Assembly: GCA_965279375.1 (NCBI GenBank)
Contig: OZ257156.1
Span: 2,240,001 to 2,304,000 of the forward strand
Reading direction: 5' to 3'
Origin: Gemmatimonas sp.
Lineage (GTDB): Bacteria; Gemmatimonadota; Gemmatimonadetes; Gemmatimonadales; Gemmatimonadaceae
DNA: 64,000 bases
Below, one piece after another: positions 27,242 to 36,274 of the stretch (the stretch's first letter is position 1; every line of letters begins with the position of its first letter). The position numbers and the translations under genes are program-made. The notes beneath the pieces are model-generated. The model made no database searches. It saw only the letters and a list, made by a program, of their open reading frames with translations, and was not told the origin of the DNA.

Positions 27242-27499
27242 ATGGGCGACCGATCACGCCACACAGGCACCGACCACAGCGGTCAGTTTTCCGATCACTT
27301 CCAGGCGGCGTCGCAGTATCAGGCGGCCGCGCACCACCACCTGCAGGCCGCGCATCACCAGGAGCACGGCCAGCATGAGGCCGCCATGAAGCACGCCGAA
27401 GCGGCCCGACGCCACGGCGATATGGGGCATGAACTCTCGGAGAAGGCGGCGAAAGCCAACCTCACCGCCCACGCCCACGCCGACGCCAAGACAGACTAG
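27242..27499 (+). CDS. His-rich small helical protein, 85 aa
   Basis: 15 His in 85 aa (AAAHHHLQAAHHQEHGQHEAAMKHAEAARRH), GAGG RBS, typical codon usage. Confidence 0.75.
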   Translation: MGDRSRHTGTDHSGQFSDHFQAASQYQAAAHHHLQAAHHQEHGQHEAAMKHAEAARRHGDMGHELSEKAAKANLTAHAHADAKTD

Positions 27500-27530
27500 C
27501 GGCGCGCCGAAAGCCGGCGCGCGAGCAGCG

Positions 27531-28484
27531 TCAGCGGCCGCCGGGGAGTGTGGCGACGCCCGTGGCCGGATTGAACGTGCTGCCAGCCGGCAGCACGTGC
27601 ATGACCATGCCGGTGGCACCAAGCACACCCTGAGGTGTGATCGCGCTCTTGCGTGCGTCGTAGATGACCGCGACGCTGGCTCCGGCGATGCGCCACGTGC
27701 CGTCCGGCTGCACGATCAGCGCGGTGGACTCGTCAACGCCAACACCCAGATGCGTGTCGCGCTCGAGCACGAGGCTGATCAGGCGATTGTGCCGCTTCCG
27801 TCGCAGGAAATGCTGGTCGATGATGGCGTTGCCGATAAGACCAAAGCCGTCCGCGGTGGCGATGTTGTTTCGGTCGATGGTGCCCATGGACAATGTGGTG
27901 TCCGGGCGCGTGCCTCCGGGGTGCTTTTCGTCACCCGTGAGCATGATGCTCGACATCACGGCGGCGCCGGCTGATGTCCCGCCGATCACCGCGCCCGCGC
28001 GATAGCGATCGGCGATCGCGGCCGCGGTGCGCGAGCCACCGAGTGCCGCAGTGAGGCGAGATTGATCGCCGCCGCCAAACCAAACGCCGGTGGCGTTGCG
28101 CACCGCCTGCACGATCGAGTCGGCATCGGCACCGTCACGTTGCACCCAGAGACTCACGGCTTCGGCGCCAAGCGCGCGCAAATCCTTCGCCTTGGCCTCA
28201 CCGCTGGCCTTTCCATCGGCGCTGGCCATCGCGAACACGACGATGCGCGCCTTGCCCGCGCCGCCCGCCAACTCGACGAACTCGCGCACGAGCGCGGCAG
28301 GCTGCGGGCCGCCACCGACGATGTACAGCGATCCCCGCGCGCTGCTCTGTGCCGACGCCGACGGGACAGCGAAAGCGATGGCGAGCGTCAGTAACGCAGC
28401 GGCAAATGCATTCCTGCGTGCACGCGAGGCAAAGGAACGCGTGGACGTGAGAGCAGACGCAAGCAATGACTCGAACGGAGACAT
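27531..28484 (-). CDS. cphB: Cyanophycinase-like serine peptidase (S51) with signal peptide
   Basis: IVGGG, WFGGGDQSRL, GGTSAGAAVMS, IIDQHFLRRKRHNRL, GVDESTA. Confidence 0.85.
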   Translation of the reverse strand: MSPFESLLASALTSTRSFASRARRNAFAAALLTLAIAFAVPSASAQSSARGSLYIVGGGPQPAALVREFVELAGGAGKARIVVFAMASADGKASGEAKAKDLRALGAEAVSLWVQRDGADADSIVQAVRNATGVWFGGGDQSRLTAALGGSRTAAAIADRYRAGAVIGGTSAGAAVMSSIMLTGDEKHPGGTRPDTTLSMGTIDRNNIATADGFGLIGNAIIDQHFLRRKRHNRLISLVLERDTHLGVGVDESTALIVQPDGTWRIAGASVAVIYDARKSAITPQGVLGATGMVMHVLPAGSTFNPATGVATLPGGR

Positions 28485-28601
28485 GATGAGGGCAGTCGAG
28501 GGGGGCGGGAGCGGATCAATGCTCCGCAAAGATGCGCTCCCCGACCGCCGATGGGCGAATCCGACGTGCGTATTCGTTGCCAGATGACCCAACCCGCTGA
28601 A

Positions 28602-29183
28602 CTAACTTGGCGGTAGCACCGGCGCGTGGTGGCTCGTCCCTGGTGCGCGCATGCCACTGGAATTGGACAGCGAGACAGTCGCCTGCGGTGTCAGCTCGTC
28701 GAGAATCCGTCGACTGACCAGGACCCCGTTGTCGTAGACGTCGAGCAACGTGCGGTGCCCCACGACCTCCGGCAGCAGCAGGCAATCCACCACCAGCGAC
28801 TGCGGGACCTCGACAGTGCGGAACCTGAGGTGCGCCGACACCATGCCGTCTGATTCGATGCTGGGCGCATCGAAGAGGATCGGGATCAGCCCCTGACCGT
28901 CCGCACCCACCGCGCACCGCTCCGAGAGGAGCAGGGCGGCCTCGCGCAGTCGCGCGGCGGCAAAGAGCGTGCGCGGCGCCGAGAGCGTGAGGTCAATCGT
29001 GCGACCGACGATGCGAACCGTCGCCGTGCTCTCGACCGTCGCGACTGGTCCCGCCACCACACTCGCAATGCGATTGGCCGTCGACCTAGTGGGCAGCGGT
29101 GGCACGGCCACGACTCGGCCCAGCAGCAGTCCGCCCGCGAAGAACGCCGATGCGTACGACAGCACTTCCACCAGAAAGAACAT
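28602..29183 (-). CDS. Hypothetical protein with N-terminal hydrophobic segment
   Basis: Open frame with plausible codon usage and a beta-rich body. Start uncertain. Confidence 0.5.
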   Translation of the reverse strand: MFFLVEVLSYASAFFAGGLLLGRVVAVPPLPTRSTANRIASVVAGPVATVESTATVRIVGRTIDLTLSAPRTLFAAARLREAALLLSERCAVGADGQGLIPILFDAPSIESDGMVSAHLRFRTVEVPQSLVVDCLLLPEVVGHRTLLDVYDNGVLVSRRILDELTPQATVSLSNSSGMRAPGTSHHAPVLPPS

Positions 29184-29407
29184 GGCCCGACACCGGTTGC
29201 TGGTCGCGAGGGCGCCCATGACTTGTTCTTGCGGCGCAGTGGAGCAACACGTGAGTAGTCGCCGCACCCCAGCCGCTGTGCCGCCTCGCTCGACTGAAGC
29301 GCCCCGGACGTCTCAACAGGATGTCGTTTCGGGCGTATCTTCACCGTCGCTCATCACCTGAGCCCAGTCCCTCCGAACTTCCCTCGTGACTCCCACATGA
29401 CCTGCTC

Positions 29408-31054
29408 ATGACACGCTCCCGTCGCGATTTCCTCAAGGCAAGCGCTGCCGTCGCCGCTGGTACCATGGCCGCGTCGTCCTCGCTCGCTGCGGCGCCCGGT
29501 CTCATCACCCGCGTCACGCCGCGCGGCCTGCTCGACGCGGCGACGCCGTTCGACGATCCCGCCGTCAAGGCGCTGATGCAGGTGGCCATCGACACGGCGA
29601 AGCGCGGCGGAGCCTCGTACGCCGATGTGCGCGTCGCCGCACGGCGCCAGCAGAACGTCAACACGCGCGACCGCATCGTGCAGGGGGTGAGCGATACCGA
29701 CACCTTCGGACTCGGCGTGCGCACGCTGGTGGATGGCGCGTGGGGATTCGCGGCGACCAGCAGCCTGAGCACCGACTCCGTCGCCGACATCACGCGCAAG
29801 GCGCTCGGACAAGCCAAGGCCAATCGCGCCAGCCAGATCCGCCCGGTCAAGCTCGCGCCGACGCCCGGCAATCAGGTGGGAACGTGGTCGAGCCCGATCA
29901 AGACGGACCCGTTCACCGTGGCGATTCCGGACAAGGTCGCGCTGCTGCTCGCCGCCAACGAAGCGGCGCTCAAGGTGAAGGGCGTACGCACGGTCAACTC
30001 GGCGATGTTCTTCTTGCGCGAAGAGAAGTCGCTGATGACGAGCGATGGCTCGTATCTCATTCAGACGATCTTCCGCACGTCGCCGTCGATTTCCGTGACG
30101 GCGGTGTCGGCGGACTTCTCCGATTTCCAGTCGGTGGACAGCAATGACATCGCGCCGATGGGTTTGGGCTACGAGCATGTGCTCGACTCCAAGCTCGTCG
30201 AGCGCGCGCCCAAGTACGCCGAGCAGGCAGTGCAGAAGCTGTCCGCCAAGCCGGTGGAGCCGGGGCGTTATGACCTGCTGCTGCATCCGTCGAATCTGTG
30301 GCTGACAGTGCACGAAGTCATCGCGCATCCGAGCGAACTCGATCGTGCGTTAGGCTTCGAAGCCAACTACGCGGGCACCAGCTTCATCGCGCCGCCGGAA
30401 GCGGTGCTGGGCAAGCTGCGCATTGGCTCGGACCTCTTGAACATCGTCGGCGATCGCGAGCAGGCGGGTTCACTCGGCGCCATCGGCTGGGACGACGAAG
30501 CAGTGAAGCCGACCAAGTTCGACATCATCAAGAACGGCATCTTCGTGGACTATCAGACCACGCGTGAGCAGGCCACGATGATGACGGATTACTACACGAA
30601 GGCCGGCAAGCCGGTGCGCTCGTACGGCTGCAGCTACGCGCAGAGCTGGGCGGACGTGCAGTTCCAGCGCATGCCCAACGTGAGCATGGTGCCGGGCAAG
30701 AACGACGACACCTTCGAAAGCCTGATTGCCAAGATGGATCGCGGCATCGCGATCGAGGGCGACGGTTCGTTCTCGATCGACCAGCAGCGATACAACGGAC
30801 AGTTCGCCGGCCAGGTCTTCCACGAGATCAAGGGCGGCAAGGTGGTCGGCATGCTGAAGGACGTGGCGTATCAGTTCCGTACGCCGGATTTCTGGAAGTC
30901 GCTCAAGGCGATCGGCGGCCCGAAGAGCTACCACCTCGGCGGCGCGTTCGGCGACGCCAAGGGACAGCCAGGTCAGTCGAATTCCGTCAGCCACGGCTGC
31001 GTGCCGTCGCTCTTCCAGCAGGTGAACATCATCAACACCGGGAGAAAGGCGTGA
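29408..31054 (+). CDS. tldD: TldD metalloprotease with twin-arginine signal peptide
   Basis: SRRDFLK Tat motif, GVRTLVDGAWGFA, HEVIAH, QRMPN, C-terminal SHGC. Confidence 0.9.
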   Translation: MTRSRRDFLKASAAVAAGTMAASSSLAAAPGLITRVTPRGLLDAATPFDDPAVKALMQVAIDTAKRGGASYADVRVAARRQQNVNTRDRIVQGVSDTDTFGLGVRTLVDGAWGFAATSSLSTDSVADITRKALGQAKANRASQIRPVKLAPTPGNQVGTWSSPIKTDPFTVAIPDKVALLLAANEAALKVKGVRTVNSAMFFLREEKSLMTSDGSYLIQTIFRTSPSISVTAVSADFSDFQSVDSNDIAPMGLGYEHVLDSKLVERAPKYAEQAVQKLSAKPVEPGRYDLLLHPSNLWLTVHEVIAHPSELDRALGFEANYAGTSFIAPPEAVLGKLRIGSDLLNIVGDREQAGSLGAIGWDDEAVKPTKFDIIKNGIFVDYQTTREQATMMTDYYTKAGKPVRSYGCSYAQSWADVQFQRMPNVSMVPGKNDDTFESLIAKMDRGIAIEGDGSFSIDQQRYNGQFAGQVFHEIKGGKVVGMLKDVAYQFRTPDFWKSLKAIGGPKSYHLGGAFGDAKGQPGQSNSVSHGCVPSLFQQVNIINTGRKA

Positions 31055-32466
31055 GCCATCGTCTGGGAAATCATCAGGGCGACATCGCGCCGCGCTCGCT
31101 CTTTGCGCCGGTGAACGTGTTGTCGCGCGCCGAAGCGCAGGAGATTGCCGCGCGCGCACTCAAGAACTCGCCCGCGGAAGAGACGCGCGTCTCCATCAAC
31201 AGCGGTGCGCGCGCGGATACGCGCTTCGCGCTGAATCAGGTGACGACGTCGGGTGAGAATCAGGATACGACGGTCACGATCACGGCGTACGTGGGCAATC
31301 GTTCGGCGAGTGTGAACACCAATCGCCTCGACGAAGCATCGCTTGCCGCTGCAGCGAAGCAGGCACATGAGATCGCGAAGCTGGTGCCACCCAATCCGGA
31401 GCGGATGCCGGAGCTTGGTGCGCAGCAGTATCCGGCGCCCAAGGAACGCAGCTTCTCGATGCCGTCGCCGGAAGAGCGCGCACTGGCCGCGAAGCAGGTG
31501 ACGGAGTTGGCGCGTGCGAACGATCTCATCGCGACGGGCTTCATCGAGTGTCGGGCCGGTGCAAACGCGCTGGCCAACTCGAAGGGACTGTTTGCCTACG
31601 ACTCGAGCGCCGTGATGACGATGACCGCGACGGTGCGCTCGCCCGATGGCACGGGATCAGGTTGGGCCTGCAGCGATGGGGTGAACTTCAGCGATCTCGA
31701 TCCAACGGCCGTTGCTGCCACTGCGGTGCAGAAGGCCAAGGACTCACGCAACCCAGTCGCGATCGAGCCGGGTCGTTACACGACCATTCTCGAGCCTACT
31801 GCGGTCGGCAATCTCGTGCAGCTCATCGCCGGTGCGATGCAGGCGCGCGCTGCGGATGAAGGACGCTCGTTCTTCTCGAAGCAGGGCGGCGGCAACAAGA
31901 TCGGGCTCAAGGTGGTGGATGAGCGCGTGACGCTGCTCTCCGATCCGGAGGATGCGCCGAGCACCACGGGAGGCTTCGATGGCGACGGAGTGCCGGTGGA
32001 GAAGGTGCTGTGGATCGAGAACGGTGTCGTGAAGAACCTCAACTACGATCGCTACTGGGCGCAGAAGCAGGGCGTACCGGCCACGCGCGCGGGCGGCGGT
32101 GGCCGTGGCGCGCGTTCGTTGCGCATGCTCGGCGGCACGTCGAGCGTGGCGGAGATGGTGAAGAACACGGAGCGCGGTGTGCTGGTCACGCGCTTCTGGT
32201 ACATCCGTGCGGTGGACCCGCGAACGATTCTCTACACCGGCCTCACCCGCGACGGCACGTTCCTGATCGAGAATGGGAAAGTCACGCGCCCGATCAAGAA
32301 TTTCCGCTTCAACGAGTCGCCGATCTTCTTCCTCAACAACCTGCAGGAGATGGGGCAGAGCATCCGTGTGAACGCGTCGGAAAATCTTGGCGCGGGTGGC
32401 GCGATCTACATGCCGCCGATCAAGGTGCGCGACTTCACGTTCAGCTCATTGTCGGACGCGGTGTAG
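31051..32466 (+). CDS. TldE/PmbA-family partner subunit
   Basis: GTGA overlap with tldD, TRFALN, EPGRYTTILEPTAV, TGLTRDGTFLIENG, no HExxxH. Confidence 0.88.
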   Translation: MSHRLGNHQGDIAPRSLFAPVNVLSRAEAQEIAARALKNSPAEETRVSINSGARADTRFALNQVTTSGENQDTTVTITAYVGNRSASVNTNRLDEASLAAAAKQAHEIAKLVPPNPERMPELGAQQYPAPKERSFSMPSPEERALAAKQVTELARANDLIATGFIECRAGANALANSKGLFAYDSSAVMTMTATVRSPDGTGSGWACSDGVNFSDLDPTAVAATAVQKAKDSRNPVAIEPGRYTTILEPTAVGNLVQLIAGAMQARAADEGRSFFSKQGGGNKIGLKVVDERVTLLSDPEDAPSTTGGFDGDGVPVEKVLWIENGVVKNLNYDRYWAQKQGVPATRAGGGGRGARSLRMLGGTSSVAEMVKNTERGVLVTRFWYIRAVDPRTILYTGLTRDGTFLIENGKVTRPIKNFRFNESPIFFLNNLQEMGQSIRVNASENLGAGGAIYMPPIKVRDFTFSSLSDAV

Positions 32467-32477
32467 CGCCGGCTGGT

Positions 32478-32512
32478 GTGGGCGCATGCTCGCAACGTGT
32501 GCCCGCGTTTCT
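32478..32512 (+). terminator. Intrinsic terminator after tldD/tldE
   Basis: GTGGGCGCATG-7 nt-CGTGTGCCCGC followed by GTTTCT. Confidence 0.55.
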
Positions 32513-32537
32513 CGATCGTGCTTCAGATTTCGCGGAT

Positions 32538-32666
32538 AACTGCAACTGCATTGGAACTGCCGATCACACGGATCTAGCGGATAACACGGATACAACAAAA
32601 GCTGTTGTGGTATCCGCGCGTTTCCCATGAATCCGTGTGATCGGCAGTTCTAATGCAGTTGCAGTT
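32538..32666. repeat. Long palindromic intergenic element (copy B)
   Basis: 36-nt arms at 32538-32573 and 32631-32666 are complementary at 35 of 36 positions, with an inner CGGATACAACA / TGTTGTGGTATCCG hairpin. Confidence 0.92.
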
Positions 32667-32702
32667 GCAGTTGCAGTTGCAGTTGCAGTTGCAGTTGCAG
32701 TT
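32655..32702. repeat. Hexanucleotide tandem repeat (GCAGTT)x8
   Basis: Direct count gives 48 nt in 8 perfect units. Confidence 0.97.
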
Positions 32703-32728
32703 GTTGTTCTCGTTCTAGCCGGAGTTCC

Positions 32729-33466
32729 TCAGCTCGCCGCGACGAAGCTGCACCCGTTCTGCTGCGCCAGTACGTTCGCGAAGATTCCGGACGGCTGGAG
32801 AATGATCCCCGGCACCATCATCGAGATCGCCTTCGCGCGCGCTTCGGGCATCTTGAGCTTGTCCTTCTTCACGACGTCGCGCACCACGCCACCGAACGCC
32901 ATGTTGCACGCGAGCACGATCACGCCGCGGCTGATCTGTTGCTCGAGCATGAGCTGCGAGAACGGCGATGCGGGCTTGCCGTCCGTTGGCGCTGCGGCCA
33001 GCACGGGGTTCGTGTTCGTCTTCTTGTTCTTGTCGTCGCGGACGTTGTTCTGCTTGCCGACGTTGTATTCGTCCCAGAATGCTTGATTCATCGCGAGGAT
33101 GATCCCCTCGTGACGCAGCACGATCACCGGCGAGAAATCCGACGGCTGCGCCTTGAACACTTCCGTGTACTGCCGCGCCCAGAGCCCGGCGCGAAGTACG
33201 CCAGAGCCGCCGCTCACCTGCGGCACATCGAACATGGCCCGATGCTTCCCGGTGATCTTCTTCGTCCAGCTCGTATCCCACACAGGATCGGCCTGCTGCT
33301 CCTCGGCCGACGCGAACTCGGAGAAGGCGCTGGTGTGATCTGCCGCGACGTCGCGCGCGGTCGGTTGGCTCGCGTGCAGCAATGACGGCGCGACGCCGAG
33401 TCCTGCAGCGCCAATGGTGAGACGCTGCAGAAAGGCACGGCGATCCGAAAAGTCTGTTGCTGACAT
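32729..33466 (-). CDS. Tat-exported protein, DsrE/DsrF-like fold
   Basis: Start ATG 33466, DRRAFLQ Tat motif, VIVLRHEG, GVIVLACNMAF, PSGIFANVLAQQNGC. Confidence 0.75.
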   Translation of the reverse strand: MSATDFSDRRAFLQRLTIGAAGLGVAPSLLHASQPTARDVAADHTSAFSEFASAEEQQADPVWDTSWTKKITGKHRAMFDVPQVSGGSGVLRAGLWARQYTEVFKAQPSDFSPVIVLRHEGIILAMNQAFWDEYNVGKQNNVRDDKNKKTNTNPVLAAAPTDGKPASPFSQLMLEQQISRGVIVLACNMAFGGVVRDVVKKDKLKMPEARAKAISMMVPGIILQPSGIFANVLAQQNGCSFVAAS

Positions 33467-33515
33467 GGTGGCTCCGATACGGACTGCGATGGTGAGCGGG
33501 CGGGGATGGCCGAAT

Positions 33516-34109
33516 CTACGGCGTTCGCCACTGATTGGCACGGACGTTCTGCGCGGCGAGTCGTGCCGTTTCCTCGATGCGCCTGTTACGCGTGGGCGCC
33601 GTCTTTGCCTGCAGAATCCATTCGAGGATGCCGCGCTTGACCGAACGAGGGAATTCCTCGAAATGTTGCGCCGCGCCGTCGTGCTGAGCGAACGCCTCGG
33701 CAAGATCTGCGGGAATCTCGAGGGCGTCGACTGCATCGAGTGCGGTCCACGAACCGTCGGCCTTCGCGGCGTCCACCTTGCGCGTGCCGGCCGCATGCAT
33801 ACGCCCTTCGGCCTGCAGCCTGGCGACGCGCTGCTTGTTGGGCTGCGACCAGAGCGAGCCGGGTTTGCGCGGCGCGAACCAGAGCATGGTTCGCTTTTCG
33901 TCCAACGCCCGGGGTTTACTGTCCACCCAGCCGAAGCAGAGCGCCTCGCAAACTGCATCGTCGTAGGACATGTCAGCGATCCCAGCGGCCTTCTTGTACG
34001 TCACCAGCCACACGCCGCCGTCGCGCTCATGATGTGCCGACAGCCAGTCGCGCCATGCTGCGCTGGACTTAGGGTGGACCGCATCGGGCGGAAGTCGTTT
34101 CGCCGGCAT
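33516..34109 (-). CDS. YdeI/OmpD-associated (bacteriocin-protection) family protein
   Basis: WRDWL, EALCFGWVDS, PRKPGSLWSQPNK, AKTAPTRNRRI. GGAGG RBS before ATG 34109. Confidence 0.88.
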   Translation of the reverse strand: MPAKRLPPDAVHPKSSAAWRDWLSAHHERDGGVWLVTYKKAAGIADMSYDDAVCEALCFGWVDSKPRALDEKRTMLWFAPRKPGSLWSQPNKQRVARLQAEGRMHAAGTRKVDAAKADGSWTALDAVDALEIPADLAEAFAQHDGAAQHFEEFPRSVKRGILEWILQAKTAPTRNRRIEETARLAAQNVRANQWRTP

Positions 34110-34151
34110 CAGCACTCCCTCCACACGCAGGCAATCGGTCTGTAGCTCAGG

Positions 34152-35399
34152 TCAGTCTTTCTTCGCTCTTGGGGCGTACTGCTCCATGTCGCGTCCCAGG
34201 AGCAACGTTGCTGTGACTAGCGTGGCGCTGACCAGAAAGGGACTGGGCTTGCCCACGCTGTCGTACAAGGCGCCGAACAGAATCGGGAAGCCGACGCGCG
34301 TAATGCCGCCGTATGTCTGCTGCACGCCCATGTACAAGCCGCGCTCAGCGCTGCTGACCACGCGCGAGAGCATCGCCGTGACGCACGGAAACGTGAATGC
34401 GGTACCGAGTGGCAGCATGCCAACTGTGAGCGCGAGCATGACGTAGTTCTGCGAGAGTGCGATGCCGATGAGACCCGCGCCGAGGAACATGATGCCCCAG
34501 CGGCTCAGCGCCGGCTCGCCGACGCGATCGACGAACTTGCCAAGCATCACGGCGCGGATGAACACGCTCAGCACACCGATGTACGCGAAGAACCAGCCGA
34601 TCGTGTCGGCGGTGACGCCAAAGCGGTCCGACAGGAACAGAGCGAGAATCGACGTCGTGCCCTGGAAGGCACCGATGGCGATTGCATAAATCAGAATCAG
34701 TCGCGACGCAGGTTCGTCCGGATGGCTGATCACGCGCATCACCGCCTCGCGGCTGCTCTTGCGCACAACCTTCGATCCATCGGCATTGAGCGCCTGCTTG
34801 CCGCCCGGCTTGCGAATCTCGGTCAGGTACTTGCTCGCGAAGCCGATGTTCACCGCACACAAGCCAGCCGCGAGCAACCCAGGCACCTGCGAGCCCCATT
34901 GCTGCACGAAGCTGCCGATCACCGGGCCAAGTGCGACACCTGCATTCGTCGCCGCGCTCAACCAGCCGAGCGACTTCGCGCGATCTTCCGGCTTGGTGGC
35001 ATCGGCCACGTACGCCTGAATCACGCTCACTGTGCCGCCACCCGCGCCCTGCACGATGCGCGAAAGGAACAGCAGCCACAGGCTGTCGGCATACGCGAAG
35101 ACGACATACGCGATCGCACTCGCGGCGAGTCCCACCATGAGCGCGGGACGCCGGCCGTACTTGTCGCTGAAACGGCCCCAGTACGGCGCACTGATCAACT
35201 GCGCAACGCTGAACGAGCTCACCAGCAAACCAATGATCAGGCCACCGGCGCCGAGTCCCTTGGCGTAGAACGGAAGCAGCGGCAGGATCATCAACAGGCC
35301 GAGCATGTCGATGAATGCCGTCACCATCAGAATCACCAGCTTGCCAAACGCACTCTTCTCCGGAACGACTGCACTCTCGCCAAGCGGCGTCTCGCTCAT
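34152..35399 (-). CDS. MFS transporter (TetA/DHA1-like)
   Basis: GRFSDKYGRRP motif A, SRIVQGAGGG, about 12 TMs. Start ATG 35399 overlaps the permease stop. Confidence 0.9.
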   Translation of the reverse strand: MSETPLGESAVVPEKSAFGKLVILMVTAFIDMLGLLMILPLLPFYAKGLGAGGLIIGLLVSSFSVAQLISAPYWGRFSDKYGRRPALMVGLAASAIAYVVFAYADSLWLLFLSRIVQGAGGGTVSVIQAYVADATKPEDRAKSLGWLSAATNAGVALGPVIGSFVQQWGSQVPGLLAAGLCAVNIGFASKYLTEIRKPGGKQALNADGSKVVRKSSREAVMRVISHPDEPASRLILIYAIAIGAFQGTTSILALFLSDRFGVTADTIGWFFAYIGVLSVFIRAVMLGKFVDRVGEPALSRWGIMFLGAGLIGIALSQNYVMLALTVGMLPLGTAFTFPCVTAMLSRVVSSAERGLYMGVQQTYGGITRVGFPILFGALYDSVGKPSPFLVSATLVTATLLLGRDMEQYAPRAKKD

Positions 35400-36274
35400 T
35401 CCGACTTCCCGAGTGCAGCCGGTGCGACGGAACGCCCCACCACGCCGGCCAGCGCGATGATGGTGAGCAGATACGGGATCATTTCCACGAACTGACTCGG
35501 AATGAGTTGAGCACCCTGCAACTGGATCTGCAGCGTTTCCGCGCCCGCGAAGAGCAGGCAGGCGACGGCGACGCGCAGCGGCTCCCACCGCCCGAAAATC
35601 ACGGCGGCCAGCGCGATGAAACCACGACCGGCAGTCATGCCGTCGCTGAACTGATGCTGGTCGAGCGCGAGATACGCACCGCCCAGCGACGCGAGCGAGC
35701 CCGCGATGATGAGGCCCTTGAGACGCAGCGGTACCACGGCCACGCCAAGTGTCGCGGCCGCCTCGGGCTTCTCACCAACCGCGCGTGCACGCAGACCGAA
35801 CGGGGTGCGATACAGCAGCCAGCCGAGCGCCGGCAGCGCAAAGATTCCGATCCACACCACCGGATTCGCGAACGATGCCATCAGCGCATTCGTGGAGGCA
35901 TCGCCACCGAATCCCGCGACGCGCGGCGAGTTGCTGGCGCTGTCGAAAACGAGCCGCAGAAAGAACCGCGTCGCACCCACGACCAGCAGATTGATCGCCA
36001 CGCCAACCACGACCTGATTGGCCTTGAAGCGCAGTGTGGCCACGGCCAGCACACTCGTGACCACCAGCCCCGCAGCCAAAGCGCCCAGCAACCCTACCCA
36101 CGCGCTGCCGCCGTAGTAGCTGCCCAACGCTGCACCGAACGCACCGGACAGCATCATGCCCTCGAGTCCCAGCGCAATGATGCCGACGCGCTCCGACATC
36201 ACACCACCAGCCGCTGCGAGCAGATACGGGATCGCGATGCGTATCGTCTGCAGCAGAAAATTCAGCGCGCTCAC
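35396..36274 (-). CDS. ABC transporter permease (nucleoside/sugar CUT2 type)
   Basis: SERVGIIALGLEGMML, RTPFGLRARAVGE, GRGFIALAAVIFGRW. Confidence 0.92.
   Translation of the reverse strand: MSALNFLLQTIRIAIPYLLAAAGGVMSERVGIIALGLEGMMLSGAFGAALGSYYGGSAWVGLLGALAAGLVVTSVLAVATLRFKANQVVVGVAINLLVVGATRFFLRLVFDSASNSPRVAGFGGDASTNALMASFANPVVWIGIFALPALGWLLYRTPFGLRARAVGEKPEAAATLGVAVVPLRLKGLIIAGSLASLGGAYLALDQHQFSDGMTAGRGFIALAAVIFGRWEPLRVAVACLLFAGAETLQIQLQGAQLIPSQFVEMIPYLLTIIALAGVVGRSVAPAALGKSE

Noticed and set aside
28507..28541. Imperfect hairpin containing CGC-AAAGAT-GCG, ANTAR-like
   Set aside because: It is a single loop and on the strand opposite to the cyanophycinase transcript, so it is more likely an ordinary hairpin.
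32538..32702. Possible CRISPR array
   Set aside because: These are inverted arms and a hexamer tandem, not direct repeats with unique spacers. No cas genes are present.
32637..33086. ORF with a poly-(Ala-Val) hydrophobic stretch
   Set aside because: The stretch is just the translation of the (GCAGTT)8 repeat, and the rest is antisense to the Tat/DsrE-like gene.
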